In this document: one piece after another, positions 9,498-19,415 of the stretch
How positions within the stretch are numbered: position 1 is the stretch's first letter
Layout of the letters: every line of letters starts with the position of its first letter
From: Polyangiales bacterium
Lineage (GTDB): Bacteria > Myxococcota_A > Polyangia > Polyangiales > Ga0077539
Assembly: GCA_044229975.1 (NCBI GenBank)
Contig: JBGARZ010000008.1
Location: 192,001 to 256,000 of the forward strand
Direction: 5' to 3'
DNA length: 64,000 bases
The notes under the pieces: generated by a model
Seen by the model: only the letters and a program-made list of their open reading frames with translations
Database searches by the model: none
What the model was told of the DNA's origin: nothing
Made by a program: the position numbers and the translations under genes

Positions 9498-10235
9498 ATG
9501 AAGCCTTCTGTCCTGTCGTGTGCCCTGTTCCTGTCGGCCCTGGCGTTTGCCCCCGTTGCGGGCGCCGTCGAGGTCTATGTCTCCGGGGTCGTGAGCCCGC
9601 CCCCGCGGGTCGTGTACGTCCCGTCGCCGCGGGTCTACGTCCCGTCGCCGCGGGTGTATGTGCCGCCGACGGTGGTCCACCTCGCGCCGCAGCCCGTCGT
9701 CATCGAGCAGCCCGCCCCCATCGCCCCGCCGGACGCGCCCACGCACCCGCAGCCGCAGGAGCGACGTGACCCGCGCGCGTCGTTCTTCGTGGGCGCCGGG
9801 TACGGCGGCATCACCAGCGACCGCGGCACCGCCGGCACCTGGCGACTCCACCTCGGGCTCGGCCTCGGCGCGACCGAGCTCGGCCTGCGCGCCGACATCG
9901 CCGACCGCTCCATGGCCACGATGTCCAACCGCGAGGGCAGCGCCTACCGCGTCGGCGCGGAGGTCGCGCACCGCTTCCTCGAAGGCGCCACCGTGCGACC
10001 CGTCATCGGCGCGTCCTTCGACCGCTGGCAGTTTGCGCCCGACGGCGCACCGGGCTCAGGCGCGTTTGGCGTCGGCGCGCGCGGGGGCGTCGAGGTGCAC
10101 TACCACCTCAACCCGGGCGCGGCGCTCGTGTTCGGTGCTGACATTGGATACCACCGCATCCTCGCTGCCATCGACGACGCCGACGTCTCGCGCGACCTGC
10201 TCACCTTCGGCGCCACCATGGACATCCGCCTGTAG
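9498..10235 (+). CDS. Secreted/outer-membrane beta-barrel-like protein with Pro-rich N-terminal repeats
   Basis: Signal peptide, VYVPSPR repeats, alternating hydrophobic beta-strands. Confidence 0.65.
   Translation: MKPSVLSCALFLSALAFAPVAGAVEVYVSGVVSPPPRVVYVPSPRVYVPSPRVYVPPTVVHLAPQPVVIEQPAPIAPPDAPTHPQPQERRDPRASFFVGAGYGGITSDRGTAGTWRLHLGLGLGATELGLRADIADRSMATMSNREGSAYRVGAEVAHRFLEGATVRPVIGASFDRWQFAPDGAPGSGAFGVGARGGVEVHYHLNPGAALVFGADIGYHRILAAIDDADVSRDLLTFGATMDIRL
9615..9655 (+). repeat. In-frame 21-bp tandem repeat (2 copies) encoding YVPSPRV
   Basis: TACGTCCCGTCGCCGCGGGT at 9615 and 9636. Confidence 0.85.
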
Positions 10236-10280
10236 CGACGTGGTCTCTGCTGGGCATCGCCGATGCAATGCCCGCCTCGC

Positions 10281-10910
10281 ATGAACCTCCTTCCCTACTC
10301 CGTCGCCCTCTCGCTCACCCTCGTCGCCTCGACCGTCCGCGCCGACCCCGGCACCGACGCGGACCACTTCGAAGCCACCATGGGATTCCTCGCCACCGCG
10401 CAGGATCACCGCGCCACCGGCTTCGCCAACGACGGCAGCGGGCCCGCCCTCGCGCAGACCTTCGCGCGAGCCCCGTACGACCGCGCCCTCGGACTCGGCC
10501 TCCGCTACGACGCGCGCGCCGTCATCTCGCACGTCCGCATGACCGCGGGCTTCGACCTCCCGTTCACGTCGTTTGACGGAACCGCACCCGCGCGCATCGA
10601 CGAGCACGACGTGACGGCGCGCTCGCTGTGGAGCTGGGGCCTGCGCTTCGGCCTGGGTGGCGAGTACGGCTTCGGCGCGGTGACACCCTTCGTCGATCTT
10701 CAGGGGTCGGTGCTGGGCGTGTCCACCACGGTCAACGTCGACGGGCGCGCCGCCGAGTACGACGCGCTGCGCTTCGGCTTCTCGGCGCGGGCGGGCGTGC
10801 GCATCCATCTGCGGCGGTGGTTCTTCGTGACGGCGTCGGGCGAGGTCGGAATCATCGGGCCGACGCTCTGGAGCGCCGACGTCGGCGTGGGCTTTCGCAT
10901 CGGGTCATGA
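10281..10910 (+). CDS. Outer-membrane beta-barrel-like hypothetical protein
   Basis: Signal peptide, amphipathic beta-strands, C-terminal VGVGFRIGS. Confidence 0.7.
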   Translation: MNLLPYSVALSLTLVASTVRADPGTDADHFEATMGFLATAQDHRATGFANDGSGPALAQTFARAPYDRALGLGLRYDARAVISHVRMTAGFDLPFTSFDGTAPARIDEHDVTARSLWSWGLRFGLGGEYGFGAVTPFVDLQGSVLGVSTTVNVDGRAAEYDALRFGFSARAGVRIHLRRWFFVTASGEVGIIGPTLWSADVGVGFRIGS

Positions 10911-11140
10911 CCGCGCCGTCATGGCGACGACACGCGCCGCGGTGGCCACGGCGGGAGCCATCGGTGGTGGCCGGAGCGCGACCTCGGAGGACCTCACCGC
11001 CCCGTGATTCGTGGCCTTGTCGAACTCGACACTTCGGTCGTGATGATGGCCGTTTGTCGCGAGCCGCGAGAGAGGCACCGCTCATTGGCGACGTGTGCAT
11101 CCTTTGCGCGGGGACTGGGGTTCCCATCGGAGGTCCATTC

Positions 11141-13651
11141 ATGCGCACGCCCCTTTCGCTCGCCACTCTCGTCGTGATCGCCGCGGCGTGTAGCCCCTCC
11201 GCCGTGGGCCTCCTTCCTCCTGGCAGCGATGTTCCTGCGGGCTCCGATCGACCCGCGGTCCTCGACGCCGCCGTCACGGACGTCTCCTTCGACGTCCCCA
11301 ACGACGTTGGCTTCACCTGCGTCTCGTCGCACATGTGCCCCGGCAACGTGTGCGACACCGTCCTCGGCCGCTGCGTCGACTGCGTTGGCGACCGCGACTG
11401 CACCGGCGGCCTCGTGTGCACCCGCAACCGCTGCATGCCGCCTCCCCTCTCCTGCCGCTCGGATCGCGAGTGCGGCGCCAGCAACCAGGTGTGCGACGCC
11501 TCGCGCGGCGTCTGCGTCGACTGCATCTCCGACGCCGACTGCCCGAGCGAGCAGTTCTGCACGGCCGATCGTGCGTGCGTTGCGCGGGTGTGTGTTCCTG
11601 CGGCGCGGGAGTGCGCCGACCTGCGGCAGCTCCGCGTGTGCAGCACCAACGGCAGCGCGTGACAGACCACCGCGTGCCCGAGCGCGACCTCCTGCGTCGA
11701 CGGTCAGTGCCGATCGCGCGTCTGCACTCCAGGGACGGCGAGCTGCGAGTCGACCTCCCAGCGCCGCGAATGCAACGCCGACGCCCTCGGCTACACCGCC
11801 ACCGCCTGCGCCCCGATGGAGACCTGCTCTGTCGGAACCTGCCGCGCGTGGACCTGTACCCCTGGCGCCGCGGTCTGCGCGTCGACCACCTCGTTGAACA
11901 TCTGCAACGCCGACGGGCTCGGCGCCCGGACGGCCACCTGCCCCAGCACTTCGGGCGCGACCGGGACGTGCGACGCGGACGCCTGCGGAGTGACCTGCTC
12001 CGCGGGATTCGCCGATTGCGATGGCATCGCCACCAACGGCTGCGAGGCGACGACGGCGAGCGACGTTCGTCACTGCGGCGGCTGCGGGATGGCGGGCGCG
12101 TCGCGGCCCAACAGCGTCGCGTCGTGCGCGGCGGGTCGATGCGCGCTGGTCTGCACGAGCGGCTACGGCGACTGCGACGGGGACGCGAGCAACGGCTGCG
12201 AGCGGACGCTCGGCGCGGACGCCGCGAACTGCGGGCGCTGCGGGACGGTGTGCCCGGCGGGCCCCAACACGCGGGCGAGCTGCGCATCAGGCGTGTGCGC
12301 GTCGGCCTGTGAGATGGGATACGGCAACTGCGACGGCAGCACGAGCAACGGGTGCGAGGCCAACCTCTTCACCGACCTCAACCACTGCGGCGGGTGCGGG
12401 CTGCGCTGCGCTCCGATCAGCGGCACGGGCGCGTGCACGGCGGGCCGGTGCACCATCACGGCCTGCAACGCGGGTTACGCCGACTGCGACGCCATCGCGT
12501 CCACCGGGTGTGAGGTGAACCTCGCGCTCGCTACGGGTCACTGCGGGATGTGCGGGCGCGCATGCCCCGGCGCGGGCACGGCGGGGACGTCGGTGACGTG
12601 CAGCGCGGGCACCTGCACCTTCGCGTGCATGACGGGTCGCACCAACTGCGACGCCAACCAGGCCAACGGATGCGAGGCCAGCCTCGCGAGCGACGTGCGC
12701 AACTGCGGCGCGTGCGGCGTGGTGTGCGCCGCGGGACAGAGCTGCCTCGCAGGGACGTGCTCGACCTCGCCGCCGGGACAGCTTGCCCTCGCGCGCTACG
12801 GGCTCGCGGGCGCCAGGGCGACGGACGGGCGGGTGTATGTGTTCGGGGGTTCGAGCGCCTCAGCCATCGTCGCGAACACGGAGATGTTCGACCCGTCGAC
12901 CAACGAGTGGACCACCCGCGCGCCGATGCCCGCTGCGCGCTACCTGCCGGTGGCGGCCGCGCTCGCGGACGGGCGGGTGCTGGCGATCGGCGGGTACAAC
13001 GGGACGGCCACCATCGGGGTGTACGCGTACACGCCTTCGACGAATACGTGGGCGACGCTTCCGTCGCTGGCGACGGCCCGCTATGGGGCAGCGGCGGCGG
13101 TGGGGCTCGACGGGCGGGTGTACGTGTTCGGCGGAAGCGCCAACAGTTCGTCGCTGGGGATGACCAGCGCGGTGGTGTTCAACCCGGCGACCAACGCGTG
13201 GTCCAACATCCGGTCGGTGAGCGTGATTCGCACCGGCGGCTCGGCGGTCACCGCGCCCGATGGTCGCATCTACCTCTTCGGCGGAACCGTGCAGGATGGC
13301 GGCGGGACCCTGGCGGTCTTCGTGGAGATCTACGACCCGGTCAGCGACACGTACACCCTCGGTCCCAACTGGGCCCAGGCCCGTCCGATGATGGGCGCCG
13401 CCGTCGGCGCCGACGGGCGGGTGTATCTCGCGGGCGGCTACAACAGCACGTACCTCACGACGCTCTCGACGTTCAGCTTCGCGACGGGATCGTTCGGCGC
13501 CGCGGCGCCGATGAACATCGCCCACTCGTACTTTCCGCTCGTGAGCCTCGTGGACGGGAGGCTCCTCGCGATCGGCGGGCGCAGCAGCAACAGCGTGCTG
13601 GTGACCAACCGCGTCGAGGCCTACGACATCGGCACCAACACCTGGCGTTGA
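11141..13651 (+). pseudogene. Cys-rich repeat lipoprotein with C-terminal Kelch beta-propeller, interrupted by a single in-frame TGA at 11660-11662
   Basis: GGAGG RBS before ATG 11141; lipobox IAAAC; Cys-rich repeats continue in the same frame across the TGA into ORF 11816-13651; Kelch repeats DGRVYVFGG. Confidence 0.8.
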
Positions 13652-13682
13652 ACGTCGGTCGAAGGTCCCGAGAGCGGGGGGG

Positions 13683-14540
13683 CTACGGAAGAGCCTCTTC
13701 GTGAACGTCGCTCACGGCCATCATCTCGTCGCGTGCGATGGGCGGCAGCCCGAGCTCCGCGACTCGCTCGGCGTCATAGGCGCCAGAGAGCAGGGAGATG
13801 CCGTTTCGACGGAGGAGGTCGCGCGCGCCCCCGTTTCCCCGAAGTCGCTTCATGTAGTCGTCCTGATCGAACAGGAGCGCTTGCACGATCGTGCGGTGGA
13901 CGGGGCGACCGAGGTTCTCACGGAAGAAGTCCGCCGCCCGCCGGGTGCCGCCCTTGACCTTGCGGAGCGCGCGGAAGCGTTCCATGTCGAGGCCCTCCCA
14001 ACGACTGCAAGGGAACCGGATCCCGTCGGCAAGCCACAGGATGTGCTCGAAGGCCCCGCTGCTCACCGAGCACTTCTGATCGCGGTTGGGTGCATTGAGG
14101 TACTCGGGCCGCGCGACGAGCAGACCGAGCCAACATCTACCGTCCTCCTCGGCGGTCGCGATCAGCAGGCACGGATCGGAGTTCTTGTACGTCTCCGGGG
14201 GGATCATCCACGTCGTGCCGACGGTGTTCTTCACGTCGACGTCGAGCCCGTCGATGACGAGGTCGCGGAGGCCCTTCGGCACGTCGAGGAGGTCGCGGAA
14301 ATAGTGCTCGACCTTGAGCCCGACGAAGGTCTTTTCGACGTTGTCGAGGTCGCGAATACGCGTCCGCGCGGTGCGCACCGGGTCGATCACGAAGTCGATC
14401 GCGTCGCGGATGAGCAGGGGCAACGCCCGATGCATCTCGGCCTCGCCACCTACCTTCTGGAGGATCGCCGCCCGAACCCGCTCAAGGACCGCGTAGTCCT
14501 GATGTCCGGGGACAACCTTGGACGGAAGGACTCGCTTCAT
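13683..14540 (-). CDS. NaeI-family type II restriction endonuclease
   Basis: VEKTFVGLKVE, DLVIDGLDVDVK (PD-D/ExK-like), WMIPPE, NRDQK, DYMKRLRGNGGARD. Directly downstream of a C5 methyltransferase. Confidence 0.85.
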   Translation of the reverse strand: MKRVLPSKVVPGHQDYAVLERVRAAILQKVGGEAEMHRALPLLIRDAIDFVIDPVRTARTRIRDLDNVEKTFVGLKVEHYFRDLLDVPKGLRDLVIDGLDVDVKNTVGTTWMIPPETYKNSDPCLLIATAEEDGRCWLGLLVARPEYLNAPNRDQKCSVSSGAFEHILWLADGIRFPCSRWEGLDMERFRALRKVKGGTRRAADFFRENLGRPVHRTIVQALLFDQDDYMKRLRGNGGARDLLRRNGISLLSGAYDAERVAELGLPPIARDEMMAVSDVHEEALP

Positions 14541-14554
14541 GGCGAGGGCATCGA

Positions 14555-15616
14555 TCAGCCCGCGACTGCGGTCGCGACGCGACGCCCGGCGGTGAGCGCG
14601 CTCATGATGCGAGCGGCGATGGCGCCCGCGAACGGCGGCGGGAACGCGTTACCGACCTGACGATAGGCGGCCGTCTTCCCACCCGAAAACTCCCAGGTGT
14701 CGGGGAACCCCTGAATGCGCGCGACCATCCTCACCGTGAGACGCGGCATTCCGACGAACTCAGGCCCTGGAGCTTCGTTGGCTATGCCGAGACCATCAAC
14801 GCCCAGCTCAGCCCACGCCTTGCGCGCGCGGGTAGGCCCCAGGTCGGGGCCCCCGTGCTTCTTGGAGCCGCCTACGATCGTGGGTGCGATGCGGCTAGCG
14901 CCCGCGGCCCAGGCGTCGACACCTGACCAACCCTTCGCTCCCATCAAGTCACGCAGGGTGTCACCGACGCTGCGCGGCGCGACAGTGTGTTCGGGCCACG
15001 CGAACCCCGACGCGATCTCCCTCTTCAGAGCCACGAGGACCACGCGCGGACGGAGCTGGGGAACGCCGAACTCCGATGCGTGGCGCAGACACCAGCTCGA
15101 CTCGTAGCCCATCCGACGCAGCCGCTCTTCGATGTGGGCCCGGTACGGGGCGAACGCCGCATCGAACATCCCTCGGACGTTTTCGAACATCACCGCGCGA
15201 GGTCGGAGGGCGTCGACATACTCGACTCCGACGTTGAAGAGATTGCGCTCGTCCTGCTCGCCGAGCTGTTTGCCAGCCACCGAGAAGGGAGGGCACGGCA
15301 GGCCGCCCGCTAGGAGATCAACGCCCCGAAAACGTGCGAGGTCGAGGTGCTGAAAGAGGTCGTGCTCGATGACGTCCCAGTGCGGCCGGTTGGCCCGCAG
15401 CGTGGCGCAGGCGAACGCGTCGTTCTCGATCAGACCGACGTGCCCGAAACCCGCCGACTCCAACCCAAGGGCCTGCCCGCCAGCCCCCGCGCAGAGTTCA
15501 AGCGCGGTCGGACCCTCGACCCGCGCGATCACGGCAACGTCCTTGCGTGCGGACGGAAATGGGAGCGTGCGCTGCGCTGCTTGAGTGCCCCGATCCAAGA
15601 GTTGCGCGCGCGTCAT
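14555..15616 (-). CDS. DNA (cytosine-5) methyltransferase, M.NaeI/M.NgoMIV-like (start uncertain, could extend to 15736)
   Basis: Motif I LCAGAGG, motif IV GGLPCPPFS, motif VI ENV, QLRPRV, RIQGFPD, RQVGNAFPP. TRD GGSKKHGGPDLGPTRARKAW recalled as typical of GCCGGC methylases. Confidence 0.93.
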   Translation of the reverse strand: MTRAQLLDRGTQAAQRTLPFPSARKDVAVIARVEGPTALELCAGAGGQALGLESAGFGHVGLIENDAFACATLRANRPHWDVIEHDLFQHLDLARFRGVDLLAGGLPCPPFSVAGKQLGEQDERNLFNVGVEYVDALRPRAVMFENVRGMFDAAFAPYRAHIEERLRRMGYESSWCLRHASEFGVPQLRPRVVLVALKREIASGFAWPEHTVAPRSVGDTLRDLMGAKGWSGVDAWAAGASRIAPTIVGGSKKHGGPDLGPTRARKAWAELGVDGLGIANEAPGPEFVGMPRLTVRMVARIQGFPDTWEFSGGKTAAYRQVGNAFPPPFAGAIAARIMSALTAGRRVATAVAG

Positions 15617-15748
15617 GACGAACCGAACCAAATCGCTTTCTTCTCTGACATTGTCGCGCCGAGGGTGCTTGTCACCGGAGAGCCACCGATCGCTCGGCTG
15701 ACTCTGGCACGGAACCAACGATGCCGACAGTTCCACGACCTTCCGGAG

Positions 15749-17185
15749 CTACGCCCGCAAACTCGCCCCGTAGCGCGCCACAGCGCCCGCCCGGTCGGGC
15801 TTGCCGCTCGGCAGCGTCGCGATCGCCTCCACCCGCACCAGCAGCCGCGGGCGCTTGAAGTCCGCCAGCGATGCGCGCGCATGCTCCATCACCGACGCCC
15901 GCCACGCCGCCTCGTCGCGCACGTCGCCGCGCGCCACGATCGCAGCCGCCACTCGCTGTCCCCACACTTCATCGTGCACGCCAAACACCAGCGCCGCCGC
16001 CACCGCCGGGTGCCGCTCCAGGCACTGCTCGACCTCCACGGGATAGACGTTTTCCCCACCGCTCACGATGAGGTCCGTCCGGCGCGCGTGCAGGTGCAGC
16101 GTCCCGTCGTCGTCGAGCGATCCTAGGTCGCCCGTGTCGAACCACGCGTCGTCCGCGAGGGCATCCTGCCCCCAGTACCCGCGCATCCGCATCGGCCCTC
16201 GCACCGCGATGCGCCCCACCTCGCCCACTCGCACCGCCGCGCCATCACCGTCCGTCAGCCGCAGCGCCACGTCCGCCAACGGACGCCCCACGCCGCGCTG
16301 CACGACCACCACCCCTGGCTGGTACGACTGCGTCGCGACCTGCGAGCACATCTCCGTCATCCCGTACGTCGCCAGCGCCCGAACGCCCCGCGCCGCGCTC
16401 TCCTGCAACAGCTCCGGCGAACACGCCGCGCCGCCCACCAGCACGGACCGCGCGCGCGCCAGCACGTTGCCGGTGTCCGCCTCCAACAGCCCCCGCAGCA
16501 TCGTCGGAACCACGCTCACCAGCGTCCCGCCCGCCCTCACCGCGTCGAGCACGGCGCCCGCGTCGTAGCGCGGCAGCAGCACCACCGGCCGACGCGCGCA
16601 CCAGCAGCGCGTGAGCACCGAGAGCCCGCCCACGTGCGCGACGGGCAACGGCGCGACCCAGCGGTCGTCGAGGGTCCACGACAGGTTGCGAGCGCTCGCC
16701 ACGGCGCTCGCCGCGAAGGCCCCGTGGGTGAGCACCGCGCCCTTCGCGCGACCCGATGTGCCCGAGGTGTAGATGATCGCGAGGGCGTCTGCCTCCGAAG
16801 GCGATGGCACGATCGGCCATGGTCGGTCGCCGCCCTCGCGCATCAACGCGTCGACCGCAGCGTCGTCGAGCGACGTCGCCACCTGCGCGTCGTCGATGAG
16901 CACCCGTGCCTCTGCGTCGGTCAACCGCGGATGAACGAGCACCGCCGTCACGCCCGCCGCCGCCATCCCGAGCAGCGCGACGACCGTCTCGGCGCGGTTG
17001 CTGCCACGCAGGGCCACGCGGTCTCCTCGAACGACGCCCGCCCCCAAGAGCGCCGCGATGAAGGCGCCCATCCGAGCGTCGAGCTCCGCGAAGCTCCACG
17101 CGCGACCGTCGGCGATGAGCGCGGTCGTTGGAGAGCGCTCTCGTCGCGCAAAGGGGGACGTCTGGGCGGTGCGGCCCACAGCCAT
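15749..17185 (-). CDS. menE: o-succinylbenzoate--CoA ligase (AMP-binding family)
   Basis: YTSGTSGRAKG, YGMTE, TGDLG, SGGENVYPVEVE, SGKPDR. Adjacent to a menC-like gene. Confidence 0.85.
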   Translation of the reverse strand: MAVGRTAQTSPFARRERSPTTALIADGRAWSFAELDARMGAFIAALLGAGVVRGDRVALRGSNRAETVVALLGMAAAGVTAVLVHPRLTDAEARVLIDDAQVATSLDDAAVDALMREGGDRPWPIVPSPSEADALAIIYTSGTSGRAKGAVLTHGAFAASAVASARNLSWTLDDRWVAPLPVAHVGGLSVLTRCWCARRPVVLLPRYDAGAVLDAVRAGGTLVSVVPTMLRGLLEADTGNVLARARSVLVGGAACSPELLQESAARGVRALATYGMTEMCSQVATQSYQPGVVVVQRGVGRPLADVALRLTDGDGAAVRVGEVGRIAVRGPMRMRGYWGQDALADDAWFDTGDLGSLDDDGTLHLHARRTDLIVSGGENVYPVEVEQCLERHPAVAAALVFGVHDEVWGQRVAAAIVARGDVRDEAAWRASVMEHARASLADFKRPRLLVRVEAIATLPSGKPDRAGAVARYGASLRA

Positions 17186-17190
17186 CGCCC

Positions 17191-18243
17191 TCACCCGAGC
17201 TCCTCCAACCCGAGCCCCGCCCTCGTCGCGCGCATCACCCTCGCGCCCGCCGCCTGCGCCACGTCCACCTTCGGCCACGCGTCGAGACCCGCGTGTCGAT
17301 CGAGCCCGCACGCCCACGCCCCCGACACCGACCGCGCCAGCTCGCACGCCGCCGCCAGCGCCACCGGTCCGTCGAGCAGGTGTGTCACCACCACGCCCAA
17401 CCCCAGCGCGCTCGCGGCCGACGCCGTCTCTCGCGCCCGCAGCCACCCCAGCGCCATCGGCTTCAACACCACCGCCGCACACCCGCGCCGCACACCCGCG
17501 TCCGCCAGGAAGCGCGACCGCGCCGCCTCGTCGATGAGCACCTCATCGGCCGCCCATGGCACCGCGCGTTCACCCAGCGCGAAGACCCCGTCGCCCGCGC
17601 ACGGCTGCTCGACGTACGCCACGTTCAGGCCCGCCAGCGTGTCCAGTCGACGACGGGCTTCGTCGACGGTCCATGCGCCGTTGGCGTCGAGGCGCCACGT
17701 CACCGCGGGCCAGCGCGCGTGCAGCTCCGCGAGCACCTCGCGCTCGCGACCGAAGTCAGCGCCCGCCTTGAGCTTGAGCACGTCGAAGCCTCGCCCGATG
17801 GCAGCGGCGCAGCGCTCCGTGATGTCCGCGTCGAGCAGCGCGCCCGGCTGCGCGTTGCAAACCACCGCGTCGGCGTCGTGGCCGACGAGCGCGGCGAGGG
17901 ACACTCCCGCCCGTCGTGCCAGCAGGTCGAGCAGCGCGACCTCCAGCGCGCACCGCGCCGACGGCAGCGCATCGAGCGTCGGGAAGCGTTGCATCGTGGC
18001 AGCGACGTCGTCGTCCGCTTCGCCGAGTCGCGGGATCACGTCGATGAGCGCGCGGGTGACGTCCGCGAGCTTGTCGAGGGAGTGCCGTGGCAGCGGCGAG
18101 GCTTCGCCCTGACCGATGTTGCCGTCGCGGTCGCGGATGGTGAGCAGCAGGCCCTCGCGCCACGTCGAGTGGCGACCCGCGGCCCCCGATGGACGTCCGA
18201 GCGCGCCGCCGTAGCGACGCAGCGAGCGGGCGGCGAGGCGCAC
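17191..18243 (-). CDS. menC: o-succinylbenzoate synthase (enolase superfamily)
   Basis: GEASPLP, KLK motif, RLDANGAW, YVEQP, ADE, VVLKP. Confidence 0.85.
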   Translation of the reverse strand: MRLAARSLRRYGGALGRPSGAAGRHSTWREGLLLTIRDRDGNIGQGEASPLPRHSLDKLADVTRALIDVIPRLGEADDDVAATMQRFPTLDALPSARCALEVALLDLLARRAGVSLAALVGHDADAVVCNAQPGALLDADITERCAAAIGRGFDVLKLKAGADFGREREVLAELHARWPAVTWRLDANGAWTVDEARRRLDTLAGLNVAYVEQPCAGDGVFALGERAVPWAADEVLIDEAARSRFLADAGVRRGCAAVVLKPMALGWLRARETASAASALGLGVVVTHLLDGPVALAAACELARSVSGAWACGLDRHAGLDAWPKVDVAQAAGARVMRATRAGLGLEELG

Positions 18244-18245
18244 TC

Positions 18246-19415
18246 CTATTGACCTGATCCACCGAGGGAGCGGCGCAGCTCCCCGGTGGCCGTGAACATC
18301 CGCCCGTCGACGCGGAAGGTCTCGCTGTCGTCGCCGCGCACCAGCACCACCGCGCGCTGCGACGGATCAGCCGTGTCGAGCTCGCCGCCCACCGCCACCA
18401 CCACCGTGCTCGCGCCGCCCGGCGCCGACCAGCCGCCCACTGCGTGCAGCGTCGCCGGGGTGAGCGATCGCCCCGTAAACGACCGCAACCCGTTGGTGTG
18501 CAGCGTCTGGCCGTTGACCCCCACGATGAACGTGTTGGCGGGGTCGCTGAACCAGACGCCGTTCCAGCCGCGGAGCTCGTCGAAGACGCGCGGCATCCAG
18601 CGCCAGGTGGTGGTGCCGTCGCCGTTGGTCTCCATCGTCCCCTGGAGGATGACGCCGGTGTTCTGACCGCCGACGGCCCAGCACGCGCCGCCCGCGCAGC
18701 TCGTCGTGAAGAGCCGGTTGTCCGTGCTCGCGATGTGGGTCGCGTCGACCGTCGCCACGCCGTCGCGCAGCCGCAGCGCCACCCCGCGCTCGCCCACCAC
18801 CACGAGCTCGTCGGCGGTGCGCGCGGCGATCTTGTAGAGGTTCGCGTCGCGCGCCTCGGGCGGAACCTCCACCCGCGCAAACGTCGTCCCGTCGTAGCGC
18901 ACGAGCACGCCCTTCGGGCCCGTCGGGGAGGCCGATCCGCCGACGAACCACGTCACGCCGCCGACCTGCGTGAAGCCCCAGAAGGTCGGCGCTCCCTCCG
19001 CGAAGGTGAGCCCGGTGTCGACCACGTCGCAGGTACCGCCGTCGCGGTAGCGCACGATGGTCCCGCGCTCGCCCGCGGCCCACGCGACGCCGTCGACGGG
19101 CGCCGTCCACCAGAGCACGGCGTCGGCGGTGCAGACGGTGCGGAAGGTTCCGCGGCCGTTGTACGTGAGCATGCGGCCCGCGGGCTCCGCGCCGAGGCGC
19201 GCCGGGTCGACGCCGACGTAGCCGCCGACGAGGTACATGGTGCGTGTGCGTTCGTCGCCGTAGACCGAGAGCAGCGCGCCGCCGGGGAGGCCGTTGACCG
19301 CGAGGCGGAAGAGGTCGGGCGCGGTGTCGGGGGGAACGTCGGGGCCGCACGCGAGCGCGAAGGCCGCGGTGGTGACGGCGAAGGCGGTGGTGACGACGGT
19401 CTGCCAGGGTCTCAT
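18246..19415 (-). CDS. Putative beta-propeller lipoprotein
   Basis: Lipobox ALACG; repeated WAAGERG/VVGERG/WAVGG blades. ATG overlaps the prsW stop. Confidence 0.72.
   Translation of the reverse strand: MRPWQTVVTTAFAVTTAAFALACGPDVPPDTAPDLFRLAVNGLPGGALLSVYGDERTRTMYLVGGYVGVDPARLGAEPAGRMLTYNGRGTFRTVCTADAVLWWTAPVDGVAWAAGERGTIVRYRDGGTCDVVDTGLTFAEGAPTFWGFTQVGGVTWFVGGSASPTGPKGVLVRYDGTTFARVEVPPEARDANLYKIAARTADELVVVGERGVALRLRDGVATVDATHIASTDNRLFTTSCAGGACWAVGGQNTGVILQGTMETNGDGTTTWRWMPRVFDELRGWNGVWFSDPANTFIVGVNGQTLHTNGLRSFTGRSLTPATLHAVGGWSAPGGASTVVVAVGGELDTADPSQRAVVLVRGDDSETFRVDGRMFTATGELRRSLGGSGQ

Noticed and set aside
11660..11662. Selenocysteine or genome-wide TGA=Trp recoding
   Set aside because: The position aligns with an aromatic residue rather than Cys, and many clear genes here (frr, both GSTs, WYL) end in TGA.
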